From Candidatus Pampinifervens sinense (GTDB taxonomy: Bacteria; Aquificota; Aquificia; Aquificales; Aquificaceae), in the NCBI GenBank assembly GCA_037927135.1, contig JAXSPP010000001.1, positions 32,001 through 96,000 of the forward strand: 64,000 nt of DNA, read 5' to 3'. Below, piece after piece: positions 9,854 through 19,464 of this stretch. The notes under the pieces were generated by a model that did no database searches, had not been told where the DNA came from, and saw only the letters and a list, made by a program, of their open reading frames with translations. Every line of letters starts with the position of its first letter. Position 1 is the first letter of the stretch. The position numbers and the translations under genes were made by a program.

Positions 9854-9882
9854 TTGACAATTGAACAATTATTCATTAATAT
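9854..9882 (+). promoter_or_regulatory. Sigma70-type promoter of the Ni/Co uptake operon with embedded operator box 2
   Basis: TTGACA-N17-TAATAT; the spacer is ATTGAACAATTATTCAT (9860-9876). Confidence 0.7.
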
Positions 9883-9903
9883 TTTCCCTGCAGGAGGGCT
9901 TTT

Positions 9904-10584
9904 ATGATAGCTTTAATTTTCTTGCTAACCTTTTCCCTCTGCCTTGCCCATGACCTTTGGCTGGAAAAAAGAGAGGGTAAAATGGTGCTTTATTATGGCC
10001 ATCTTGACCCAAAGCCAGGAGAGGAAAAGTTCATAAAATACAAGGCAGAAAACGTATTAAAGGCGCTTTGCTTTAATAAGGAAGGGAATGGGATGAAAGT
10101 GGCCATAAAGGAGGACTATCCCTTTTCCTTTCCTATGGCTTGCTCCGCCTATTATGTGCTTTTTTCCACAGGCTATTGGACCAAAGGAGTGCAAGGTCTT
10201 AAAAACCTACCAAAGGATAGAGTGGAAAGCCCTTTGGAAAGTTGGATCTCTTATGAAAGCGTAAAAAGGATAGAGGAGTGGTCGGAGGCCTTCAAAAGGC
10301 CCCTAACGGAGGACCTTGAGATAGTGCCTTTGGAAGACCCTTTTAACCTTAAGCTATATGATAAGGTAAGGCTTAGGGTTTATTACAGGGGAAAGCCTGT
10401 TAAAGGTGTGGTGGTCCTTCATAACAACCATATAGCTGGCACAACGGAGGAAGACGGCGGTATAAACATAAGGATAAAGGGGAAGGGCCTTCAAAGGATA
10501 AGCACTTCCATAAAGGAAAGGGCGGATGGCATAAAGGCGGATTACATCATTAAAAGCACAAGCCTTATCTTTGAGGTAAGATGA
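9904..10584 (+). CDS. Periplasmic nickel-uptake protein, DUF4198 family
   Basis: Signal peptide then mature His1 (A-HDLW); LEIVPL.DP...YRGKPV pattern; upstream of cbiMQO. Confidence 0.75.
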   Translation: MIALIFLLTFSLCLAHDLWLEKREGKMVLYYGHLDPKPGEEKFIKYKAENVLKALCFNKEGNGMKVAIKEDYPFSFPMACSAYYVLFSTGYWTKGVQGLKNLPKDRVESPLESWISYESVKRIEEWSEAFKRPLTEDLEIVPLEDPFNLKLYDKVRLRVYYRGKPVKGVVVLHNNHIAGTTEEDGGINIRIKGKGLQRISTSIKERADGIKADYIIKSTSLIFEVR

Positions 10585-10997
10585 TGTTTTTTGCCGGCGT
10601 TTTACTAAGCTTTGCCTTCCTCTTTGCCCATGACCTTGAACACACCATACGTAGAGAAGGGAACTGTGTGGTGGTTAGCTTTTTCTTCCCGGATGGTAGC
10701 AAGTTCTCTTATGAGGAGTATAAGGTGTATAAGGAGGGGGAAAAGGTGCCCTTCCAGATAGGTAGGACGGATGCCCTTGGGAGGGTGGTTTTCTGTCCAA
10801 GAGAAGGGGGTTTATGGACGGTTATAACCTACTCAGAGGATGGCCATGGTGCGCAGGTAAAGATAAGCTTTGAGGAGAAGGGCCTTAAGGAGGAGAAGAA
10901 CCTCTTGGAGAGGTATGGAAGGGTGTTGGCAGGCTTAGGATGGCTTTTGGGAATATTTGGGCTTTTGGAAATATACCTTAAGAGGGCAAAAGGATGA
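10581..10997 (+). CDS. Ni/Co ECF transporter accessory component (NikL/CbiL-like)
   Basis: Signal peptide, mature His1, GRTDALG...G.W...DGH, C-terminal TM helix. Confidence 0.65.
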   Translation: MMFFAGVLLSFAFLFAHDLEHTIRREGNCVVVSFFFPDGSKFSYEEYKVYKEGEKVPFQIGRTDALGRVVFCPREGGLWTVITYSEDGHGAQVKISFEEKGLKEEKNLLERYGRVLAGLGWLLGIFGLLEIYLKRAKG

Positions 10998-12022
10998 AAA
11001 AGGTGCTGGTAGTATCTACCTTAGCTGTAGGCCTTTCTTTTGCTCACCATGGCGTTGCCTCTTTGGGTAGCGTTGGCTTGGAAGGCCCTGGCGCACCCCT
11101 TGAAACCTCAAGCTCTGCCACCCTTCCAGAAGGTAAATGGCTCCTCTACCTTAAGCTTGACCATGTCAAATGGAAAAGGTACAGCTTTTCAGAGTTTCCA
11201 GACCAAAAGGACAGCTATCACTTTTGGACCTACGGCATAGGCTATGGTCTAAGGCCATGGCTCTCCCTTTACCTTTTCATCCCCTACTACACAAAAAAGG
11301 AGATAAAATCAAAGGATGGTGGCTTTTATTCCTACACCAACTCGGGCTTTGCGGACCTATCCCTCATGGCTGTCTTTGGCTTTAAGTACGATAAAGGCTT
11401 TAAGCTTGTTCCAAGACAGGAAAGCCTTGATGACCTTATGGACTGGCATTTTACCCTATACGGTGGTATATCTTTACCAACGGGCAACCCTAATAAGTAT
11501 GACAGGTCAAGGGATCCAAAGGGAGAATTTGAACCCGATATGTCCACAGGCTTTGGCAAGCCTTCCATAAGACTGGGCTTTACGGCAACGAAACAACTCG
11601 TCAGATTTCCAAGGCTTACCTTTGTCTTTGACACGAACTACATAAAGTTCTTTGAACACACCTATAACTACACAGAAGATGGAAGAAGGAAAAAATACAA
11701 GTTTGGCGATGAGTTCCGACTAAATACGGCCTTGGCCTACAGGTTTTATGAAGACATGGATAGAAAACTACGTTTGGATGCACTCTTGGAGGCCAATTTT
11801 CAACATAATCAAAGAGACAAGGAGGATGGAGTCAAGCAGAGTGCTTCTGGTGGTAGCATACTCTACGGAGTGGGTGGAATCAGGCTTTATTACAAAAGCA
11901 TGTCCCTTGGTGCCGGCATAAAGGTCCCCCTATGGAAGAGGCTAAATGAAGAAGGCCAACAGCAAGGTTCAGAAGGTAAGGAAAGCTACAGGTTTATCCT
12001 TACCCTTTCCACCCTTTTTTAG
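10994..12022 (+). CDS. Putative outer-membrane beta-barrel transporter
   Basis: Signal peptide, mature HHG, amphipathic beta-strands, SG.ADLSL and LPTG motifs, C-terminal Phe. Confidence 0.65.
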   Translation: MKKVLVVSTLAVGLSFAHHGVASLGSVGLEGPGAPLETSSSATLPEGKWLLYLKLDHVKWKRYSFSEFPDQKDSYHFWTYGIGYGLRPWLSLYLFIPYYTKKEIKSKDGGFYSYTNSGFADLSLMAVFGFKYDKGFKLVPRQESLDDLMDWHFTLYGGISLPTGNPNKYDRSRDPKGEFEPDMSTGFGKPSIRLGFTATKQLVRFPRLTFVFDTNYIKFFEHTYNYTEDGRRKKYKFGDEFRLNTALAYRFYEDMDRKLRLDALLEANFQHNQRDKEDGVKQSASGGSILYGVGGIRLYYKSMSLGAGIKVPLWKRLNEEGQQQGSEGKESYRFILTLSTLF

Positions 12023-12031
12023 GAGGCTTGC

Positions 12032-12667
12032 ATGCATATACCCGATGGCTTTTTGGCTCCGCAGGTCTACATACCAGCCTACCTTGTAGATATAGGCCTT
12101 TTGTTTTATGCCTTCAAGAGGTTTAAAAAGAACCTAAAAGAGGAAACGATACCCTATTTGGCATCCCTGTCTGCCTTCTCTTTTATCATCATGTCCATAG
12201 CCATACCTTTGCCCGGTGGCACTTCCGTGCATGGCCTTGGTGTGGCAAGCCTTTCTTTACTCTTTGGCCCATGGACAGCCTTCCTCTCCATATCCTTGGT
12301 CCTTTTCCTACAGGCTACCATCTTTGGAGAAGGTGGTATAACAAGCTTTCCCATAAACTCCCTATCCATAGCCTTTTTAGGAAGCCTTTGTGCCTACTAT
12401 ACCTATCTCATCGCCAAAAGATACCTTGAGGATAAAGCCTCCCTTTTCCTTTCTGGCTTTTTATCAACCTTAATGTCTGCCTTTGCTGTAGCCCTTGTGC
12501 TTGGCATACATCCCTACCTGTTCAAAGACACCTTTGGAAAGCCCCTTTACTTCCCTTTCAAGCTATCTTTGGTCCTTCCCGCCGTGCTTTTCCCACATAT
12601 CCTTGTGGGCATAGGAGAGGGCATACTCACCATAATAATCCTTAGGGCCTTGAGGGGTAGGATATGA
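12032..12667 (+). CDS. cbiM: Ni/Co ECF transporter substrate-binding component (NikM/CbiM)
   Basis: N-terminal MHIPDGFL signature, TSVH motif, multiple TM helices. Confidence 0.93.
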   Translation: MHIPDGFLAPQVYIPAYLVDIGLLFYAFKRFKKNLKEETIPYLASLSAFSFIIMSIAIPLPGGTSVHGLGVASLSLLFGPWTAFLSISLVLFLQATIFGEGGITSFPINSLSIAFLGSLCAYYTYLIAKRYLEDKASLFLSGFLSTLMSAFAVALVLGIHPYLFKDTFGKPLYFPFKLSLVLPAVLFPHILVGIGEGILTIIILRALRGRI

Positions 12668-13215
12668 GGGATAAGTTATTAATGCTTTTATACTTGTTTT
12701 GCCTCTTATACCTGTCCTTTTCCAGCCATATTTACACGCTTTTGATAGCTTTAGTCCTCTTGCTTGTGTTTTTGATACTGTCCCCCATAGAGAAAAAGCT
12801 AAAGCTTTTAAAGCATGCCTTCTTATCCTTTTCCCTTTTTAGCTTTTTCATATCCTTTTCCTATCTTCTTTTTAATCAAAAAGCCCTTGATTACTTTTTG
12901 ATGATAAACCTCAGGTCCTTTGACCTTAGCCTTCTCACCTTTATATTTTTAAGGATGGTTAACCTTTATAGGGCCTTTGATTTTTCAAAGACTTTAAGCT
13001 TTTTGCTTGTTATGGCTGTTGGCAATGCCATAACTTACAATAGACTTTTAAAGGACTTCAAAGATGCCATAAGGAGTAGGACCTTACAAAAACCCGAAAG
13101 GAAAACTCTTGTAGCCTTTACCAAAAGGTTGTCCCTTTTCTTTTTTGAAAAGTCTATAAATACATCAAGGGAAGTCCAGGAGGCCATGAGGTCAAGGGGG
13201 TTTTATAATGATTGA
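12664..13215 (+). CDS. cbiQ: ECF transporter transmembrane T component (CbiQ/NikQ)
   Basis: Hydrophobic; two x-R-x motifs (RSRT, MRSRG); located between M and O. Confidence 0.8.
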   Translation: MRDKLLMLLYLFCLLYLSFSSHIYTLLIALVLLLVFLILSPIEKKLKLLKHAFLSFSLFSFFISFSYLLFNQKALDYFLMINLRSFDLSLLTFIFLRMVNLYRAFDFSKTLSFLLVMAVGNAITYNRLLKDFKDAIRSRTLQKPERKTLVAFTKRLSLFFFEKSINTSREVQEAMRSRGFYND

Positions 13216-13924
13216 ACTGAGGAATGTCTATTACAGCTACAACGGAGAGGATGTTTTAAGGGATATAAGCTTTAAAATCTTTGAGGGTGATAGGGTAGTT
13301 TTACTTGGGCCAAACGGGTCTGGGAAGACCACCCTTTTGAAGATACTAAACGGCCTTCTCTTTCCCAAAAGGGGCACATACTTTTACAAGGGCATAGAGA
13401 TAAAGGAAAAGACTCTGAGGGATAAAAATATAAACAGATGGTTTAGAAAAGAAGTGGTATTACTCTTTCAAAACCCAGAGGTGATGCTTTTTAATCCTAC
13501 CGTTTACGATGAGATAGCCTTTGGCCTAAGACAGTTGGGGATGGAGGAGAAGATGATAAAAGAAGAAGTATTTTACTGGGCCGAAAGGCTTGACCTTATG
13601 CCTTTCCTCAATAGGCCACCCTATGAACTAAGCGGGGGCCAAAAACAGAGGCTATGCCTTGCATGCCTACTTGCCCTAAGGCCTAAGGTGCTTCTCCTTG
13701 ATGAACCAACGGCCAACTTGGACCTCAAAACTACCCAATTGTTGATAGAACTCCTTTGGGATATGGAGATTACCAGCCTTGTGGCCACAAACAACCTAAA
13801 CCTTGTGCAAGACCTTGGAAATAAGCTTTTGGTCCTAGGAGAGGACCACACAATCCTATACTACGGAGAGATGAAAGACTTTTTGGAGGACAAGGATATG
13901 CTTATAAAGGCTGGACTCTTGTAG
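13208..13924 (+). CDS. cbiO: ECF transporter ATPase (CbiO/NikO)
   Basis: GPNGSGKT, FQNP, LSGGQ, LLLDEPT. The switch His reads as Asn. Confidence 0.9.
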   Translation: MIELRNVYYSYNGEDVLRDISFKIFEGDRVVLLGPNGSGKTTLLKILNGLLFPKRGTYFYKGIEIKEKTLRDKNINRWFRKEVVLLFQNPEVMLFNPTVYDEIAFGLRQLGMEEKMIKEEVFYWAERLDLMPFLNRPPYELSGGQKQRLCLACLLALRPKVLLLDEPTANLDLKTTQLLIELLWDMEITSLVATNNLNLVQDLGNKLLVLGEDHTILYYGEMKDFLEDKDMLIKAGLL

Positions 13925-13949
13925 AGAGGCACAATATATAATAGAAGGG

Positions 13950-14672
13950 ATGCACTATAAAAAGTATGTCTATAAGCTTTCGCCAGAGGACTTTTATCAG
14001 TTTTTAATTGATTACGGAAGAGGCGTGGAGGTGATCTCTGAAGGTGAGTCCTTTGTAGAGTTTGCCCTCTATGAACCCGTTGAGGGTCTTGAGCCTTTGA
14101 AAGTTTTAGAAGTTGAAGTTATACCACCTCAGAAGGCCTTTAGGCCTGTGAAAGTAAAGGATATTATGGTTTTGCCCTCTTGGATAAAGCCTGTGGTAAT
14201 AAGGCAGGGTGTGGCCTTTGGCACGGGTCTGCATCCCACCACCAAGCTATGCCTTTATCTTATGCAGGAGTTTTTAAAGGAGGGCTGGTCCCTTTTGGAT
14301 GTGGGCACTGGCACTGGCATTCTGGCCATAGCGGGCAAAAGGCTAGGAGCGGGTAGGGTTTTGGCCATTGACATAGACCCACAGGCCACAGAAGAATGCA
14401 TACATAACAGCAAAGAAAACTGTGTGGATATAGAGTGCCTTCAAGCGGAACCAAAGGACATAAAAGAGGCCTTTGACCTTCTGGTGGCAAACCTTGAACT
14501 GGAGATATTCAAAAGAGAGCTGGAACATCTTAAAAACCTCTTTAAAAGGGTGGCCATCTTCTCCGGCATATATGGAAAGGAAGAGCTAAAGGAGTTTTTA
14601 AAGATGCTTGATGTTAAACCTGTTAAAATTAAAAGGCTGGAAAACTGGTATGGTGTGGTGGTCAAAAGATGA
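13950..14672 (+). CDS. prmA: Ribosomal protein L11 methyltransferase
   Basis: AFGTGLHPTT and LDVGTGTGILAI. Confidence 0.92.
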   Translation: MHYKKYVYKLSPEDFYQFLIDYGRGVEVISEGESFVEFALYEPVEGLEPLKVLEVEVIPPQKAFRPVKVKDIMVLPSWIKPVVIRQGVAFGTGLHPTTKLCLYLMQEFLKEGWSLLDVGTGTGILAIAGKRLGAGRVLAIDIDPQATEECIHNSKENCVDIECLQAEPKDIKEAFDLLVANLELEIFKRELEHLKNLFKRVAIFSGIYGKEELKEFLKMLDVKPVKIKRLENWYGVVVKR

Positions 14673-15988
14673 GATACCGCTACAGGCTTGAGGAAAAAAG
14701 GGAAAGGAGGCTTGGCTTTGTAAGGCTTATAAGAAGGCTTGCCATATTTGCCTTGTTTTTTATAGCCTTTTACCTTCTGTTCCTTTCCTTGGGTCTAAGA
14801 CCTCAGGTTTCAGAAGAGAGTCTAAAAGAGCTTTCTCTCATCCCCCTTGAGAAGACATACCATTTGAAGTTAAACAGGCCAATTGAGGAGGTAAAACTGT
14901 ATGTGGAAGAAAAGGGTCAAAGGAGAGAGATATACAAGGCCCTTTTTCAACAGCCCCAAAAGGAGTTCTCTTTTAAGCTAAAAGCCAAGGATGTAGGTTT
15001 AAAGGATGGTGAGGTGAGTTTGATATTGGAAGTGTCTTCTGGCTTTCTCAGGAGCAGAACTTACCACCTTAGAGCTTTGGTGGATACAGTGCCACCAAAG
15101 TTGGATATGATCTCTTACACCCCATACCCTTCCCTTGGTGGCACCTTTGCCCTAAAGGTAAAGGTAGGAGAGGAGGCTCAGGTTTATGTAGTGCAAGGAG
15201 AAGAAAGGTATAACCTATACCCTATGGGTGAAGGCTATTACTTTGGGCTTTTGCCCGTAAGGCTTGATAGAGAAGGAATACCCTTTATCCTTTATGCTAC
15301 GGATAAGGCGGGCAATTCCACATCACAGGGCCTTAAGCTAAACATAAGGCAGGTAAGGTTTAAAGAGGACAAAATAAACATAGATGACAACTTTATAAAC
15401 AGGGTTGTATTTCCACTTTTGAAGGATGAGGGAAAGGGTCTTACACCCCTTGAGGCCTTTAAAAGGGTAAATGAGGTTTGGCGTTCAAAGGATGTCAAAA
15501 AGGTAGAAGAGATAGGAAAAAGGAGCGAGCCAAGGGTCCTTTGGGAAGGTGCCTTTTTGCAACTGCCAAACAGCAAGGTCTTTGCCACCTATGGAGACAT
15601 AAGGTACTACTATTACAACGGAGAAAAGGTGAGCGAAAGCAGGCATATGGGCTTTGACTTTGCCTCTGTGGAAAGGGCGCCAGTGCCAGCTTCCAACTCG
15701 GGCGTGGTGGTCTTTACCGGAAGCCTTGGCATATATGGAAATACAGTAATCATTGACCATGGCATGGGCCTTATGAGCCTTTATGGGCATCTTTCGGAGA
15801 TAAGCGTAAAAGAAGGACAGTTTGTAAAAAAGGGTGAGATAATAGGAAGGACTGGAAATACGGGCTTTGCCCTTGGAGACCATCTTCACTTTGGCATACT
15901 GGTGCAAGGCTATGAGGTAAATCCGATTGAATGGCTTGATCCCAAATGGATAAAAAACAATGTGATCTCTGTTCTTGAGGCAAGATGA
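14669..15988 (+). CDS. M23 family metallopeptidase, membrane-anchored
   Basis: HMGFD (HxxxD) and HLH motifs; N-terminal TM helix. Confidence 0.92.
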   Translation: MRYRYRLEEKRERRLGFVRLIRRLAIFALFFIAFYLLFLSLGLRPQVSEESLKELSLIPLEKTYHLKLNRPIEEVKLYVEEKGQRREIYKALFQQPQKEFSFKLKAKDVGLKDGEVSLILEVSSGFLRSRTYHLRALVDTVPPKLDMISYTPYPSLGGTFALKVKVGEEAQVYVVQGEERYNLYPMGEGYYFGLLPVRLDREGIPFILYATDKAGNSTSQGLKLNIRQVRFKEDKINIDDNFINRVVFPLLKDEGKGLTPLEAFKRVNEVWRSKDVKKVEEIGKRSEPRVLWEGAFLQLPNSKVFATYGDIRYYYYNGEKVSESRHMGFDFASVERAPVPASNSGVVVFTGSLGIYGNTVIIDHGMGLMSLYGHLSEISVKEGQFVKKGEIIGRTGNTGFALGDHLHFGILVQGYEVNPIEWLDPKWIKNNVISVLEAR

Positions 15989-16644
15989 AAAGGCTAAAGC
16001 ACAAGTTATCTCTTATTTTGGTTCCCTTTGTGGCCTTTCTTATAAGGCTTATGCACAAAACTATAAGCTGGGACAAGAGGATAGACTATGAGCTTTACAA
16101 AGGAAAAATAATAGCCCTTTTGCATGGTAATGCCCTTGGCGTGGCCATGCTTGGTATAGACAGAAATATATACACCTTGGTGAGTAGGTTCAGAGATGGA
16201 GATATTGCAGAAAGGTTTTTGCTTAGCCTCGGCTATAGGGTTATAAGGGGTTCTACGGAGGAGGGAAAGCCCCAAAAGGGTGGTAGCGTGGGACTTTTGA
16301 AGCTTTTAAAAGTTTTAAAAGAAGGCCAAACGGTAGCCATCACTGTGGATGGTCCAAAAGGTCCCTATGGAAAGGTCAAGCCCGGCATAATCCTTTTGGC
16401 GCAAAAGTCGGGAATACCCATAATCCCTGTGTATGTCAGCTTTGACTGGTGCATCAAGCTTAACACTTGGGATAAATTTACCATTCCACTTCCCTTTTCA
16501 AAGGCGAAGGTAAGGATAGGCCATCCCATATGGGTGCTTCCGGAAGATAGCGTGGAGGTCAAGAGGGAGGAGCTGGAGGAGGTCCTTTCCTCTCTTTCTT
16601 TGGGAAAACCCTTAGAGAAATCTCTGGAGCAAACAAAAAGCTAA
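15985..16644 (+). CDS. DUF374 / lysophospholipid-acyltransferase-like protein
   Basis: S..RDG, RGS, TVDGPKGP, WDKF..PLPFS motifs. Confidence 0.85.
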   Translation: MKRLKHKLSLILVPFVAFLIRLMHKTISWDKRIDYELYKGKIIALLHGNALGVAMLGIDRNIYTLVSRFRDGDIAERFLLSLGYRVIRGSTEEGKPQKGGSVGLLKLLKVLKEGQTVAITVDGPKGPYGKVKPGIILLAQKSGIPIIPVYVSFDWCIKLNTWDKFTIPLPFSKAKVRIGHPIWVLPEDSVEVKREELEEVLSSLSLGKPLEKSLEQTKS

Positions 16645-17728
16645 AGCTTCCCAGCAGGGTTGTTATGAGAACCAAGAGGAAGGCCATGGATTGGGCCGGT
16701 TCATAAAAGCTTGCAAAGATTACAGAGAACTCACCTCTCTGTAAGAAGGATAAGGAGGCCCTAAAGGCTGTCCTCTTCCCAAGTCCATAAAGGAGCGCAC
16801 CCCAGTAAGTAGAAAAAAGCTTGGTGATTATAGAAAGAAGAGCAATCAATATGAAAAACCAAGGGTTGAAGTCAAAGCTTAGCTTGGAATTAAAAGTAAA
16901 CATAAAGAAAAAGACTCCAACGGAGAGTTCTTTTAACTCAGAGAGGGATTTTTCTACAACTTCAAAAACCCTGCTTTTTTCTGGCACTATAACGCCAAGC
17001 ATAAAAGCTATAAGTGCATCGGACAAGCCAAGGCTTAAACTAAATCCAGAAGATACAAGCAAAAAGCCAAGAACAAAAAAGGGAACAAGTTCTTCCTCTA
17101 CCCTTTTTTCCATATATTCAAAAAACTTCTCCACCAACCCCCTTAAAAGATAGAACATACTAAACAAAAGGATTATGGCAAGAATGCCTCTCAAAAGGCT
17201 CAACGTATCAGGACTGCCTTTTAAAGTAAAGCCTGTAAGAAGTGAAAGAAGGATAATGCTTATTAAGTCTTCAAATATAAGGACTCCTATTAAAAACTCC
17301 GCCTCTGGATTTACAAGCCTTTTATAGTCCATAAGTAGCTTGGCCGTTATGGCTGTGCTACTTGGATAGACTATAGCGCCTACAGCCAAGGAAAATAGGA
17401 AGTTTTGTGTGAATAGATAAGAAAGGCCAAAGGCTGGCAAAAAGTTAAAAAGAAAGTCTATAATGCCGGGCTTTAAAAGCTTTTTCATCCCGATAAGCCT
17501 TTCAAAGGAATACTCAAGACCTATAAAGAAGAAAAGTAAAACCACTGCTAAATGTTCAAAAATGATAAATGCCTCTTGTATTTTTTCTGGGAAGATAAAC
17601 TTGCCAAGAAACCCGGCCAGTATAAAAGAGAGGATATATGGCACTTTAAGCTTTGAAAGTGAATAGGTGGAAAAAAACAAAAGTAGAAAGACACCGCCGG
17701 CAAGTATAAAGTCCTGTGAACTGTGCAT
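16559..17728 (-). CDS. CPA2 K+/H+ antiporter (KhtU/YhaU-like), copy 1
   Basis: LFFFIGLE, SSTAI, LIFEDL, QRGEFS; ~12 TM helices. Confidence 0.9.
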   Translation of the reverse strand: MHSSQDFILAGGVFLLLFFSTYSLSKLKVPYILSFILAGFLGKFIFPEKIQEAFIIFEHLAVVLLFFFIGLEYSFERLIGMKKLLKPGIIDFLFNFLPAFGLSYLFTQNFLFSLAVGAIVYPSSTAITAKLLMDYKRLVNPEAEFLIGVLIFEDLISIILLSLLTGFTLKGSPDTLSLLRGILAIILLFSMFYLLRGLVEKFFEYMEKRVEEELVPFFVLGFLLVSSGFSLSLGLSDALIAFMLGVIVPEKSRVFEVVEKSLSELKELSVGVFFFMFTFNSKLSFDFNPWFFILIALLSIITKLFSTYWGALLYGLGKRTAFRASLSFLQRGEFSVIFASFYEPAQSMAFLLVLITTLLGSFSFLFAPEISLRVFPKKERKGPPPAPPS

Positions 17729-17729
17729 C

Positions 17730-18215
17730 TTATGTGCTACACCTTCCGCAGAGTTCCAAAAAGTGATTTATCTGTGGCCTTGTGCCTACAACTATAAGTA
17801 TGTCCCCCAGTTCTATTTTTTCCTTGTAAGGGTCTGGGCTTGGTATTATCTTACCTTTCCTATCTATGGCTATCACCGACACACCTGTAGTTCTCCTTAT
17901 TTGAAGCTCTGCTATGGTTTTGTTTATAAAGTTTGAACCACTTTCCACCTTTACCCACTCCATCACCACTTCCTTCAATATAAGCTCCATTTTTTCCGCT
18001 TTTATAGGTTGATAGGTAGCGCCAGCCAAAAGAAAGCCAAGATCCTTTGCCTCCTCTTCTGTGAGCTCAAAGACGCACACAGGTTCCTCTTCTTCCATAA
18101 TGTATATCTCTCTACGGCCCGTATTGTATATAACCAAAACGAGGTCTCTCCCCTCCCTCAGCCTCATAGAATACTTTTTGCCTATACCCGGCAGGTCTGT
18201 TTCTCTAATTTCCAT
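17730..18215 (-). CDS. khtT: K+/H+ antiporter regulatory subunit KhtT (RCK_C/TrkA-C)
   Basis: ETDLPGIGKKY N-terminus; RCK_C motif IRRTTGVSVIAI.R. Confidence 0.88.
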   Translation of the reverse strand: MEIRETDLPGIGKKYSMRLREGRDLVLVIYNTGRREIYIMEEEEPVCVFELTEEEAKDLGFLLAGATYQPIKAEKMELILKEVVMEWVKVESGSNFINKTIAELQIRRTTGVSVIAIDRKGKIIPSPDPYKEKIELGDILIVVGTRPQINHFLELCGRCST

Positions 18216-18246
18216 AATTAAATATTTTACAACTTAAAGCCTCTTC

Positions 18247-19383
18247 CTATTTTTTAGTAAAGATTAGTTGAGACATCTTTGGAGCTACTACAAAGCTAAA
18301 GCTGCCCAAAAAGGCTGTAAGGATGACCAAAAGGAAGACTATGGATTGGGTGCTTTCATAAAAGCTTGCAAAGATTACAGAGAACTCACCCCTCTGTAAG
18401 AAGGATAAGGAAGACCTTAAGGCTATTCTTTTTTCAAGACCATAAAGTATGGCTCCCCAGTAGGTGGATAAAAGCTTTAGCAATATGGAAAGAAGTAAAA
18501 GCGCAGTAAACAGCCACCAGCTAAAATCAAAGCTTAATTTTGCGCGGAAGGTAAGCATAAAGAAGAACACTCCCAAAGAAAGCTCCTTTAGACCCAAAAG
18601 ATACTTCTCTATTGTTTTAAAGGTTCTGCTTTCCTCCGGTACCATTACACCCAACATAAAGGCTACAAGAGCATCGGATATGCCAAGTTTTAGACTAAAG
18701 CCAGAAGATAGGATCAAAAAGCCAAGCACTAAAAAGGGGATAAGCTCCTCATCCACATTTTTATCAAGATAATAAAAGGCTTTTTTTGATACATTCCTCA
18801 ACAGATAGAAAAGGCTAAACAATAAAAGGACAGCAAGCATTCCCCTCAAAAAACTAAAAATGTCTACCTGACCTTCCGAGGCCATTCCCACAAGTATAGA
18901 AAGAAGCACTATACTAATCAGATCTTCAAATATAAGTAGTCCTACCAAAAACTCCGCTTCCGGATTTATAAGCCTTCTGTAATCAATAAGAAGCTTAGCA
19001 GTTATTGCTGTGCTGGTTGGGTATATTACAGCACCCATTACGAAGGAAAAAAGAAGGTCCTTAGTAAAAAGGTAAGATAAAAGTAAAGGAGGGAAAAAGT
19101 TGAGGACAAAACCCAAAAGACCAGGTACTACTATCTTCGTCATTCCTGCTAATCTTTCAAAGGAGTAGCTTAAGCCAATAAAGAAAAACAGAAGAGTGAT
19201 AGCCAAGTATTCAAAGATGGTTAACACCTCCTCCATTTTCCAAGGGAAGAAAAACCTACCTACAAAGCCTGCCAACATAAAGGAAAGCACGTGCGGGACT
19301 TTTAGCTTAGACAAGAGAAAAGATAGAAAGAATAAAATTAGAAACACGCTACTGGCTAATATAAAGTCCTCTGAATTGCTCAT
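18247..19383 (-). CDS. CPA2 K+/H+ antiporter, copy 2 (paralogue)
   Basis: Co-linear paralogue of 16559-17728 (LIFEDL, QRGEFS). Confidence 0.9.
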   Translation of the reverse strand: MSNSEDFILASSVFLILFFLSFLLSKLKVPHVLSFMLAGFVGRFFFPWKMEEVLTIFEYLAITLLFFFIGLSYSFERLAGMTKIVVPGLLGFVLNFFPPLLLSYLFTKDLLFSFVMGAVIYPTSTAITAKLLIDYRRLINPEAEFLVGLLIFEDLISIVLLSILVGMASEGQVDIFSFLRGMLAVLLLFSLFYLLRNVSKKAFYYLDKNVDEELIPFLVLGFLILSSGFSLKLGISDALVAFMLGVMVPEESRTFKTIEKYLLGLKELSLGVFFFMLTFRAKLSFDFSWWLFTALLLLSILLKLLSTYWGAILYGLEKRIALRSSLSFLQRGEFSVIFASFYESTQSIVFLLVILTAFLGSFSFVVAPKMSQLIFTKK

Positions 19384-19464
19384 AACATTAATAAGTTTAG
19401 TAGAATTGTCTTATCAAGGTGTTTGATATAAAAAAAAAGTGAAGGGAAGTTTAATCTGCGGCTT

